The notes beneath the pieces were generated by a model. It was given only the letters and a program-made list of their open reading frames with translations, was not told the DNA's origin and made no database searches. A stretch of 64,000 bases of DNA, taken from NCBI RefSeq assembly GCF_009914755.1, contig NC_060929.1; one strand, written 5' to 3'. The number at the start of each line of letters is the position of its first letter. Positions within the stretch are counted from its first letter, which is position 1. The translations under genes and the position numbers were made by a program. Below, in pieces: positions 1-13,130 of the stretch. This stretch comes from the human T2T-CHM13v2.0 reference genome, Homo sapiens.

Positions 1-149
1 CGAAAATTAAAGTCTATGTTCTAATGAGTTTATAAATAGTAAGAAAGAGCTACATAGTGGTCTGCACAAAGCATAATGGATGCATATATGTAGGTTTATC
101 AGTTTCAAGCAAAAAGTTGAATAGATTTTGTGAGTCTCATTGGAAGTAT

Positions 150-367
150 TCATTGGCATTTACAGTTCTTTTCCTGTGGTGGGGGCACATGGCAGGATTT
201 CATTTGTCTAATCTCATCTTTTGAAGTTATGTGTGGCCATGTGACTTACTTTGCCAATGAAATGTAAAGACAATGATATACGTAATTTCCTGATAGGGGC
301 TTTTTTCCATCTAGCATGTGACTCATCATGCTTCATCTCCCTTGTTCGAGTAAACATGGAAGCCAAT
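150..367 (+). mobile_element. Old MaLR LTR fragment (MLT1G/H/I-like)
   Basis: gtgtggccatgtgacttactttgccaatgaaatgt resembles the MLT1 core; interrupted by younger LTRs; boundaries approximate. Confidence 0.55.
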
Positions 368-728
368 TTTCTTAGTCTGGCTTTGCTGCTACAACAAGAT
401 ACATAAGAAAGGATGTTTTATAAAGAACAGAAATTAAATTTAGTGTGTGGAGATGGTGTGTTTTCTGCTTTCATCATGATGGCTTGCTGCTGCGTCCTCC
501 AGAGGGCAAGTACACTGCACATTTACACAGCAGAAGAGATGGAAGGGGCAAATTCACACTCTCAAGCCTTTTTATAAGGGCTTATATCAAGTCCTTTTGT
601 AAGGTACTAATCTCATCAATGCACATGGCCTAATCAACTCCTAAAGACCCCACCTCGTAATATTGTTGTATTTGGGATTAAGTTTTAACGTTAATTTTGA
701 AGGGGACGTAAACATTCAGACTATAACA
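368..728 (-). mobile_element. MaLR solo LTR (MSTC/MLT1A-like)
   Basis: Starts tcttagtctgg, ends aaacattcagactataaca; internal gctgcgtcctccagaggg typical of this group. Confidence 0.75.
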
Positions 729-772
729 CCCGTGTTCAGGTAGGGCTTCCAGCAGCTGTGTCCTCAAGTCTC

Positions 773-1134
773 TCTATTAGTTTGCTGGGACTTCCATAAC
801 AAAATGTCACAAGAGAAATTTATTTTTTCTGGCAGTTATGGAGACTATCAGGCCAATATAAGGTGTTGGGAAGTTTGGTTTCTCCTGAAGTCTCTCTTTT
901 TGCCTTTTCACTGCCTGTCACATGATACTTCCTCTGTGCAGGTACAGCCCTGGTATCCCTACCTGTTCTTATTAGGGCATCAGTTACATTGCATTAGGAC
1001 CCATCCATATGAGTTCATTTAACAATATTTGCCTCTCTAAACTTGCTATATCCAAATTCAGTCACATTCTAAGGTGTACTGGGGGTTAATATTTCAACAT
1101 ATGAATTTAGGGGCATTCAATTCAGTCCATAATA
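773..1134 (-). mobile_element. MLT1B/C-like solo LTR
   Basis: tattagtttgctggga...gtcacattctaaggtgtactgggggttaa...ttcagtccataata; near-TSD gtctc/ttctc. Confidence 0.75.
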
Positions 1135-1294
1135 TTCTCAAAGAGGGGGAGGGTTTTGCTGCCAACCAATAATGTATAAGCAACATACTAGAGAAACAAA
1201 CTGATATTGCTTTAAATCATAAAAAATTTAGGGTTACTTTTTTAAACCAAAGCATAAACTTGCCCATTTTTTTCTCACATAGAATATATTATAT

Positions 1295-2390
1295 AGACGT
1301 TGGGTGTTGCTGTAACAGAATATTAAGATATATGATATTGAATCATTAGTCTTTTTAGACAGTAAAAAAATAGCTACATTTGGGATATAGAAAGATGGTG
1401 ATCTTGGTTATACACTTGAAAATATTTTATAAAACTCTCATCTACTATGATTTAGACAGTAGATAATTAGGGTAAGCTTCCATCCAAATTTGCTTAGTAC
1501 AGTCTTAGTTAATCCCAGTATTACCATTTATAGAATTTCCTTTTCTCTCAAAAGTGTTCTGGTTTGAGCAACATATCATATAGTCTCCCTCCAGATAATT
1601 TAGTTCACAGCAATTTCATTTTATTGGAAGAATTTAGAAAATAAAATATTGCTGGTTAAATATGATAGCTATTAAAATAAACATATGGATTCAGAAATGA
1701 ATCATCTACTTTGCAAGCAGAAATGAAATGAATTAGACAAATTCCAGAAATTCACGGCCTTGAAGTATTGAAAAATCCAGTTATTTCAGACATAATTAGA
1801 GAGAAATTTGAGAAATGCTTTGAGTCATTAAATTCCAATGTAAAAGTCAAACTGAAAGTAAAATCATTGAATTTATTCTTAAAAACTGAACGAATGAACA
1901 ATATTCTTGAGAAAAAAGGCCCAAATATGGGTGTGAAAGTGAGTCAAATGTTTCTCTTAGAAATGGCAAATGTGAGAAATGAGACCAAATTAATGAATTT
2001 TTATTAAAAAAAGATTCAAGTTAGTCATTCTAATTAGAGAGAAAGAAAAGCTTTGTGCAACAAAACACAAAATATATCAATTGCAAAAGAAGATTCAAAA
2101 ATATGAATATATGAATGGTACCTGGAGATGATTGGAGTTAAAAAAATAAGGATCCCACGAAGTGTCTAAGAGGTGCACTGATAATCACATGTAGGAATAA
2201 AAATCCAAGAATGTCCAAGACCTGAAAAAGCCATGGAATCCCCAAATCTTCTAGCATAATAAACCAAAGATGACATACCCTCCATCACCCACTTCATATG
2301 TGTTCAAAGATAATAGGAAAGGAAGAATTCTATTGGATGTGGAGCATAGGTCCATGGTTGAAAGTAACATGGAAACTACAGAACTTCATT
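1295..2390 (+). mobile_element. Degraded MLT1 internal sequence
   Basis: gggtgttgctgtaacag and gatggtgatcttggttata...aaaactctcatct resemble MaLR-int; right boundary uncertain. Confidence 0.45.
1468..1591. mobile_element. MER94 (hAT-Blackjack) MITE
   Basis: tagggt...ctctcaaaagtgttctggtttg...tagtctccct; flanked by 8-bp TSD tagataat/cagataat as expected for hAT. Confidence 0.7.
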
Positions 2391-2392
2391 AC

Positions 2393-2773
2393 TGTATTAG
2401 TCCATTCTCACATTGCTATGAAGAAATACCTGAGACTGGGTAATTTATAAAGAAAAAAAGCGTAATTGACTCATGGTTCTGTAGACTTACAAGAAGTATG
2501 GCTATGGATGCCTCAGGAAACTTACAATCATGGCAGAAGGTGAAGAGGAAGGAATCACCTCTTACGTGGCAGAAGCAGGAGGAGGAGAAAGAGAAGGGGA
2601 GGTGTGCCACACTTTTAAACAACCAAATCTAGTGAAAACTCACTATCCTGAAAACAGCAAGGGGGCAGTCCACCTCATATGATCCAATCACCTCCCACCA
2701 GGCCCCTCCTCCAACACTGGGGATTACAACTGGACATGAGATTGGGGTGGGCATACAGAGCCAGAACATATCA
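2393..2773 (-). mobile_element. MSTA/MSTB solo LTR
   Basis: tgtattagtccattctcacattgct...gatccaatcacctcccaccaggcccc...aacatatca. Confidence 0.9.
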
Positions 2774-3039
2774 TTTAACATTGAGTTCGATGTTAATGTC
2801 TAAAACATACTTTAGTTTGATATCTTTTGAGAAAGAGAATTTCTTTTTTTTTTTAGAGAAGAAAATTCTGTAGTGAATATTTTGTGATAGATGATCAGTC
2901 TGTGGCAGACATTTGGACATATTCTAATTATCTTCTTTCCAAGCATTTTCTGTCATTACATTCTGTGTCTACATAAATTTTGGTATGGCCATAAAAATTT
3001 CATTGGCCTATAAAATATGCTTGGATGTGAAAAAGCATT

Positions 3040-3420
3040 TTGTATATCCATACACATTAAGTTTTGTGTGCTTGTGAAATTATGTGTTTATGATAACTTC
3101 CTTGACCTGTCATTGCTGGATCCGAGGGAATGCATATTATGATAGGATCAAATAAATATTGCCAAATTACTCTCCAGAAAGAGTATACTAACATAACACA
3201 ATATAAAGTTCAAGAGAGTATCTATTGCACTGCATTATCTCTTGTATTGCACATTGTGTGTATGTGTGTATACACATATCTTTGTCAATACAATAGGCAA
3301 TATAGACTTTCATAAATATTCATTTTGTTTTTACTGAAGTAAACATTCTAATATATTTTGGATGATTTATATCCATTATTTTGTGAATTGCTATTCCTTT
3401 GTTTTGTCTGTTTTTCTTTT
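3040..3420 (-). mobile_element. Old L1M 3' fragment
   Basis: attgctggatc...aaatattgccaaattactctccagaaag, antisense L1 ORF2 end. Confidence 0.6.
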
Positions 3421-3424
3421 GTAA

Positions 3425-3535
3425 TAACGTGGTTAAGAGCACATGCTTTTACTATAACATGAGTCAAGTTTTGAATTTTCGTCTCTGTATTGTAACGGAT
3501 TCTGTGGCCTTATGTATTTTACTTAAAATTTCTAA
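3425..3535 (+). mobile_element. MIR fragment
   Basis: gtggttaagagcac...ttgaatttt...tgtggcctt...ttacttaa. Confidence 0.55.
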
Positions 3536-3539
3536 AGGC

Positions 3540-4650
3540 TCAGATCAGAGCCACTCAGGGACCCAAGATGACAGGTGTTCAATCTTAATACATGATTCAT
3601 AGTCACCAAAGCAGAGAAAGGGAAAATTGTGAATTGTATACTGGCCGTTAAAGATACCACCTGGACATGTTATATATCACTTCTATTCACATTATGCTAA
3701 TCAAATCGAGTCAGACGGCCGAACTCTCTTTCAAAGGGGGTAGGGATGTACAATCTTTTCTTCTGTCATTCGTTTCTGAACAGCCCCAGCAATCACCACA
3801 ATCTTCCTTTATATTTAAACATAGCATCAAGCTCAATATCCAGCATTCCTGGTTGATGTCCTACGGCCTCTTCATGGTGGAGTGACAGGTGTAGTCTCTA
3901 TACCAGATCTGGACAAGGATTCCCATGAATCAGAGACCTATTCATTAACAATACAAGTTATCTATCTCACTTATTCAATATTAAGTGTAAAATAGGAATA
4001 GTATAACTGCAAAAACATGGCCTTATTGGGAAAGTAGAAAGATCTAAGACAAGCAATAGGAGGCAGAAAAAAAAATACAGACAAATTCTGAAACCTAATG
4101 AGGTTCTTCTCCTCTGAGAGTAGAGAACGTTTCTAGATTATTGTTTGATCTGCTTCCTGGGATGAGTATCTATTGTTTCCTGTGATTCGAGCTCCTCCCT
4201 CTTGAAGATTTTTCCTTGGCCACATTGAAAATATGCATTGGAGAATGTACTTTCTTTGGCAGGTGAGTAGCATTATTTAAACCTCATCCGGCCAGTAGAT
4301 ATAGAATACTCCAAGTTTCTTTACATTCAGGCTAATGTTTCTTTTGACACCAGTTTAGACTCCCTCAATATATATTTGATTCTTTTATATTTGATTCTAG
4401 TTAGCTGTATATGCCAATAGACAACCCACAATTACTTCTTAAACAAAACTCTTACATTTGCTTTATTTCTTTATTTCCTCAGCTTATCCTTCTCTCTCTC
4501 TCTCTTCCTCTCTCTCTCTCTTTTCTGCCTCCACAACTTTCTTTCTCAGTGTAATTTTAGTTAAGCATACCAAGTTTAATGATGAAACACTTTTTTTCCT
4601 CGAACCCCAGGAAACTTTTGGTGATTTGGATCTTTCCTCTAAAATACATT
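3540..4650 (-). mobile_element. MLT1J/K-like LTR plus adjacent internal sequence
   Basis: cactcagggacccaagatgacagg, atcacttctattcacatt; then agagacctat...caagttatct...ataactgcaa MaLR-int-like. Confidence 0.55.
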
Positions 4651-4732
4651 AGTAAATTATGAATTTTTAATAATTGATGTGAAGGCTTTATTCTTGATTT
4701 AATCTTAGTCTTATTTTTTTTTCCTTTTGAAA

Positions 4733-7700
4733 CTTTTTTTTAACATTTATTTTAAGTTCAGGGGTACAAGTGCAGGTGTGTTATATAGGTAAACTTGTGT
4801 CATGGGTTTTTTTTGTACAAATTATTTTATCACCCAGGTATTAAGCCTAGTACTTATTTTTTCTGATCCTCTCTCTCCCCCCACCTTCCATCTTTCAAAA
4901 GGCCCCAGTGTGTGTTGTTCCCCTCTATGTGTTTATGTGTTCTCATCATTTATCTCCCACTTGGAATTGAGAACCTGCAATGTTTGGTTTTCTGTTACTG
5001 TGTCAATTTGCTAAGGATAATGGACTCCAGCACCATCTATGTCCCTGCAAAATAATGATCTCTTTCTTCTTTAATAGCTGCATAGTATTCCATGGTGTAT
5101 ATTTACCACATTTTCTTTATCCAGTCTATTGTTTGTGGGCATTTAGGTTGTGCATTAGTCTGTTTAAATGCTGCTGATAAAGACATGAGACTGGGCAATT
5201 TACAAAAGAAAGGAGTTTAATGGACTTACAGTTCCACATGGCTGGAAAGGCCTTACAATTATGGCAGAAGGTGAAAGGCACATCTTACATTGCAGCAGAC
5301 AAGAGAAGAGAGCTTGTGCAGAGAAACTCTTGTTTTTATAAGCATCAGATCTCCTGAGACTTATTCACAATCACAAGAACAGCACGGGAAAGACCTGCCC
5401 CCATGATTCAACTACCTCCCACCAGGTTCCTCCCATGACATGTAGGAATTGTGAGAGTTACAATTCAAGAAGAAATTTGGGTGGGGGCACAGCCAAAACA
5501 TATCATTTCATCCCTGGCACCTCCCAAATCTCATGTCCTCACATTTCAAAACCAATCATGTCTTCCCAACAGTCCCTCAAAGTCATAAGTAATTTCAGCT
5601 TTAACTCAAAAGTCCACAGTCCAGAGTCTCATCTGAGACAAAGCAAGTCCCTTCCACCTATGAGCCTGTAAAATCAAAAGCAAGTTAGTTACTTCTTGTC
5701 TACAATGGGGGCACAGGCATTGGGTAAATACAGCTGTTACAAATGGGGGAAATTGGCCAAAACAAAGGGGTTACATGCCCCATGCAAGTACATAATCCAG
5801 CGGGGCAGTCAATTCTTAAAGCTCCAAAATTATTTCCTTTGACTATGTCTCACATCCAAGTCACACTGATGCAAGAGGTGGGCTCCCATAGCCTTGGACA
5901 GCTCCACCCTTGTAACTTTGCAGGGTATACCCCTACTCCTGGCTGTTTTTACGGGCTGGTGTTGGGTGTCTGCAGCCTTTCCAGGTGCACAGTGCAAGCT
6001 GTGAGTGGATCTATTATTCTGGGGTCTGGCAGATGCTAGCCCTCTTCTCACAGCTCCACTAGGTGGTGCCCCAGTAGGGACTCTGTGTGGGGGCTCCAAC
6101 CGCACATTTTCCTTCCACATTGCCCTACAAGAGGTTATCTATGAGGGCCCTGCCCCTGCAGCAAACTTCTGCCTGGGCATCCAGGAGTTTCCATACATCT
6201 TCTGAAATCTAGGCAGAGGTGCCCAAACCCCAATTCTTGACTTCTGTGCACTCTCAGGCTCAACACCACGAGGAAACTGCCAAGGCTTGGGGCTTGCACC
6301 CTCTGGTGCCACTGCCTGAGCTCTACATTGAGCAACGGGGACGCAGGGTTCCAAGTCCCTAGGCTGTATACAGCACAGGGATCCTGAGCCCGGCCCATGA
6401 AACCACTTTTTCCTCCCAAATCTCCAGGCTTGTGTTGGAAGGGGCTGCTGTGAAGACCTCTGACATGCCCTGGAAACATTTTCCCCATTGTCTTGGGGAA
6501 TAACATTTGCCTCCTCATTACTTATGCAAATTTCTGCAGCCAGCTTGAATTTCTCCTCAGAAAATAGGATTTTCTTTTCTATCACATTGTCAGGCTGCAA
6601 ATTTTCTGAACTTTTATGCTCTGCTTCCCTTATAAAACTGAATACCTTTAACAGCACCCAAGTCACCTCTTGAATGCTTTGCTGCTTAGAAATTTCTTCC
6701 ACCAGATAACCTAAATCATCTCTTTCAAGTTCAAAGTTTCACAAATCTCTACAGCAGGGCAAAATACCACCAGTCTCTTTACTGAAACATAACTCCAGTT
6801 CCAGTTTGCTCCAGTTCCCAACAAGTTCCTCATTTCTATCTGAGACCACCTCAGCCTGGATTTCATTGTCCATATTGCTATCATCATTTTGGTCAAAGCC
6901 ATTCAACAAGTCTGTAGGAAGTTCCAAAGTTTCCCACATTTTCCTGTCTTCTTCTGAGCCCCCAAGCTCTTCCAATCCCTGCCTGTTACCCACTTCCAAA
7001 GTTGCTTCCAAATTTTGGGGTATCTACAGCAACACCCCACTCTACTGGTACCAATTTACTGTATTAGTTCATTTTCACATTGCTGATAAAGACATACCTG
7101 AGACCAGGCAATTTACAAAAGAAAGAGGTTTTATGGACTTACAGTTCTTCATGGCTGGGAAGGCCTCACAATCATGGCAGAAGGTGACAGACACATCTCA
7201 CATGGTAGCAGACAAGAGAATAGAGCTTGTGCAGGGAAACTCCTAGTTTTAAAACCATCAGATCTCCTGAGACTTTTTCATTGTCAAGAGAAAAGCCCAG
7301 GAAAGATCTGCCCCCATGTTTCAATTACCTCCCACCAGGTTTTTCCCATGACATATGAGAATTGTGGGAGTTATAATTTAAGATGAGATTTGGATAGAGA
7401 CACAGCCAAACCATACTGGGTTGATTCCATGTCTTTGCTATTGTGAATAGTGCTGCAGTGTATATGCCTGTGTGTGTCTTTATAATAGAAAAAGTTATAC
7501 TTCTCTGGGTTTACCCAGTAATGAGATTTCTTGGTCAAATGGTATGTCTGTCTTCATGTGTTTGAGGAATCACCACACTGTCTTCCACAATGGCTGAACT
7601 GATTTACACTCTCAACAACAGGATATATGTGTTCCATTTTCTCCACAACCTCATTAGCATCTGTTGTTATTATTTTAAATAGTCACCATTCTGACTGGCA

Positions 7701-9770
7701 TGAGATGATATCTCATTGTGGTTTTGATTTGCATTTCTCTAATGATCAGTGATGTCAAGCTTTTTTCATATGATTATCAGTAGCATGTATGTCTTTTTTT
7801 GAAAAGTGTCTGTTCATGCCCTTTACCCACTTGTTTATGGGGTTGTATGTTTTTCTACTGTTAGTTTGAGTAGTTTTTGTATATGGTGTAAGTTAGTTAG
7901 TTTTTATATATGGTGTAAGGAAGGGTTCCAGTTTCAATTTTCTGCATATGATTAACCAGTTATCCAAGCACCATTTTTTGAATAGGGAATCCTTTCACCG
8001 TTGCTTATTTTTGTGAGATTTGTCAAAGATCAGATAGTTGCAGGTGTGTGGTCCTATTTCTGTGTTCTCTATTCTGTTCCATTGGTCGATGTATCTTTTT
8101 TTTGTAAAAGGTACCATGTTGTTTTGTTTGCTGTAGCTCTGTAGTATTGTTTGAAGTTGGGTAGCATGATGCCTCCAGCTTTGTTCTTTTTGCTTAGGAT
8201 TGCATTGGCTATTTGGTCTCGTTTTAGTTCCATACTAATTTTAAAATAGCTTTCTCTAGTTCTGTGAAAAATGTGAATGATAGTTTATTAGGAATATTGT
8301 GGAATCTATAAATTGCTTTGGGTAGTATGGCCATTTTAATGATATTGATTCTTCCTATCCATAAGCATTGGATGTTTTTCTATTTGTCTGTGTTATCTCT
8401 GACTTCATTGAGCAGTGGTTTGTAATTCTCCTTGTAGAGATCTTTTGCCTCCATAGTTAGCTGTATTCCTAGATACTTTATTCTTTTTGTGGCAATTGTG
8501 AATAGGAGTTCTTTCCTGATTTGGCTCTCAGTTTGACCATTGTTGGTATATTGGAATGCTAGTGATTTTTGCATATTGATTTTGTATCCTGCATCCTGAG
8601 ACTTTGCTGAAGTTGTTTTTCAGCTTACGAAGATTTTGGGCTGATGCTATGGGCTTTTCTAGATATAGAATCAGATCATCTGCAAAGAGGGATAGTTTCT
8701 TGTCTTCCTATTTGCATGCCCTTTATTTTTTTATCTTGCCTTATTGCCCTGGCCGGAACTTCCAATACTATGTTGAATAGGAGTGATAAGAAATAACATC
8801 CTTGTCTTGTGCCAGTCTTCAAAGGAAATGTTTCCAGCTTTTGCCCATTCAGTATGATGTTGGCTGTGGTTTTGTCATAGATGGCTCTTACTATTTTGAG
8901 GTATATTCCTTCAATATCCAGTTTACTGAGAGTATTTATCATAAATGACTGTTCAATTTTTATCAAAAGCCTTTCTCTGCATCTGTTGAGAAATCATGTC
9001 AGTTTTGTCTTTAGTTTTGTTTATGTGATGAATCACATTTATTTGTTTGTATTGAACCAACCTTGCATCCCCAGGATGAAGCCTACTTGATCATGGTGAT
9101 AAGCTTCTTGATGTGCTGCTGGATTCAGTTTGCCAGTATTTTATTGAGGATTTTTGCATTGATGTTCATTAAGGATATTGGCCTAAAGATTCCTTTATGG
9201 CAGTATCTCTGCCAGGTTTTGGTATCAGGTTGATGCTGGTCTCATACAATGAGTTAGAGAGGAGTCACTCCTCCTCAAATGTTAGGAGCAATTTTAGTAG
9301 GAATGGTACCAGCTCTTCTTCATACATCCAGTAGAATTTAGCTATGAATCCCTCTGGTCCTGGGCTTTTTTTTTTTTTTTTTTTTTGATTGGTAGGCTAT
9401 TTATTACTACTTCAATTTCAGAACTCGTTTTTGGTCTGTTTAGGGACTCAATTTCTTCAGTTCAGTCTTGGGATGGTTTATGTGTTTAGGAATGTATCAA
9501 TTTCTTCTAGATTGTCTAGTTTATGTGCATAGAGGTGTTCATAATATTTTCTGATGGTTGTTTGTTTTTCTTTGGGGTCAGTGTTGATATCCCCCTTGTC
9601 ATTTCTGATTGTGTCTATTTCAATCCTCTCTCTTTTCTTCTTTTATTAGTCTAGCTCGTGGTCTATTTTATTGTTTTTTTCCAAAATCAGCTACTGGATT
9701 TTTTGAATGGCTTTTCATGTCACTATCTCCATCACCTCAGCTCCGATTTTGGTTATATCCTAGCTTTATA
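4733..9770 (-). mobile_element. 5'-truncated L1PA (about L1PA11-14), interrupted by THE1B
   Basis: Poly-T then aagttcaggggtacaagtgcagg 3' UTR; ORF2 RT remnants in ORFs 8380-8574 and 8676-8966 ([29 protein letters not shown]). Confidence 0.93.
5151..7418 (-). mobile_element. Full-length THE1B MaLR (LTRs 5151-5505 and 7060-7418, internal 5506-7059)
   Basis: Two direct LTRs; THE1-int ORF remnants (6139-6702, 6739-7011); 5-bp TSD ggttg at 5146-5150 and 7419-7423; host L1 resumes in register. Confidence 0.95.
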
Positions 9771-9779
9771 TTTGTATTT

Positions 9780-11331
<1,552 letters not shown>

Positions 11332-11373
11332 TTAGTAGGCAGACAAACGTTAAATGAGAACATGTATTCAGAT

Positions 11374-12209
11374 TGTTAAAGTTATCTCCCCGGCCTACAG
11401 ACAAAATGAACTCCCATGGCAAATTGAAGTGCTCAGTGTTAAAACAGAACCAAGTGGACATGGCTGAGTGAAGGAGCAATCACATACTCTTTGTACTAAG
11501 AAAGATATTGTAGACCAGGCATGGTGGTTTACACTTGTAATACCAGCACTTTGGGAGGCCAAGAATTATTTGAGGCTGGAAGTTCCAGATGAGCCTGGGC
11601 CACATAAGGAGACCCTGCCTACAAAAAAGTAAAAGTAATTAGCCAGGCACAATGGCATGCACCTGTAGTTTCTATCTAGTTGGGAGACTGAGACAGGAGT
11701 ATCGCTTGAGCCCAGGAGTTTGAGGCTACAATGAACTATGATTGATTGAGCTGCTGTACCTCAACCTGGCTGAAGATGTTGTAAAAGTATCACAGGATTT
11801 TTCGTTTTCTACAATCAAGCCAAATCAATTTCTGTTGTTGATGCCAAGATAAACTGTGGGCACAAATCTGCTCGCCCCACCAGTTTGAAAGAAACAAGAG
11901 ACCTCTGGTTTTGGGCTTGGAAACCAACTAATCAGAACTTATCTGCCCTGGCCAATCAGGGTTCAGCTATATCAACCAGTCGCAACTCCACTGCACCAAA
12001 CAATCAGAACCTAGGTAAGCTTAAATCCTGTATTTGCATAACAGACCTGATTGGGAAACTGGGCAGGGACTTCTGACATAAAATCCAAACCCTCTCTTTT
12101 TTTTCTTTGGAAAGTACATTCATTTTACACCCAAGACTGCGTCTCCCCAGTTTGCAAACTATTCACTGGAATACAAATCTAATTCCTTTTCAGAGAACCT
12201 TTGTTCACA
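11374..12209 (+). mobile_element. MER67 (ERV1) solo LTR with nested Alu
   Basis: tgttaaa...repeated ccaatcag boxes, atttgcat, ...cagagaacctttgttcaca; 4-bp TSD agat/agac. Confidence 0.85.
11513..11772 (+). mobile_element. AluJ lacking 3' end and poly-A
   Basis: Dimeric Alu with J-type gagcccaggagtttgaggct; TSD aagatattgta/aagatgttgta. Confidence 0.88.
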
Positions 12210-12539
12210 AGACATAAGATCTTTCCTCTTAATTTCGCTACTCTCTGGCATTCTCCTTTCAATTATCAACCACACTGGTATGCCTGAATTCTGAGCCCAT
12301 AAGATTCCCATTTACTACTTAAGCTATGGTCCCTATGTGCTTCATTGACTGGAATGTGCCTTCAATGGAAAAGTCAATTAAATATAGATTCACATGATAT
12401 GTTTCCCTTTTTAAAAGATTCTATCTCCTCCACTTTCTTTATGCTTTTCATAAACTTGCAGTGCCATCAAGCAGTATTTTTATGGAGAGTGCAGAGTTTA
12501 TTGTTACTGTCAGAAGAATTTTTAGTTTGATAAACCATT

Positions 12540-13130
12540 ATTATCAGAATTAGAATTTTAGAAGTGTTTAAACATTAATATCAAATAGATAAAATAATGA
12601 ATTCCTATGTATCCATAATCATGTTTCAGTAATAACTAATCTTCTATCAATATTATTTTATCTCTTTAATATTGTTTCATCTGCCTCTCCATCCACAATA
12701 ACAATAATGTTTTATATGTCTCTACATTCACTATATTGCTTTATCTGCCTGTGCATCCATTATACACATTTATATTTTAGTTTTTTCTAGATTCTCTAAA
12801 GAAAATATCAGAAATTTTATCTTTTAACCTGAAAATATTATTATATATTTGTAAATAATAAAGACCATTTTTCTTAAGGTAGCCTTATCATAATCAGATC
12901 ATTATAATATTCAGTTCATACTGACATCTGCTGAAAGGTCTTAAAAATTTTTCATACATGCATTATTTGATTGAGATCTGAGCAAGATCAAACTTTGCAT
13001 TAATTTGATTGAAATGTCTCTTCCATCATTTTAATTTACCCATTAATAATTTCTCCACATTCCCCCTTTTTTATACATCTGATGTTGCTGTTGAATAAAC
13101 CAGGTCAATTGTGTTTTAGCTTCCAGTTTT
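12540..13130 (-). mobile_element. Old L1MC/ME 3' fragment
   Basis: aatattcagttcatact, ttgcattaatttgattgaaatgtctc, ttgaataaaccaggtcaattgt. Confidence 0.5.

Noticed and set aside
5743-7246. Cluster of 90-187 aa ORFs as a host gene
   Set aside because: All lie within THE1B internal/LTR sequence; broken MaLR ORF remnants and their antisense frames
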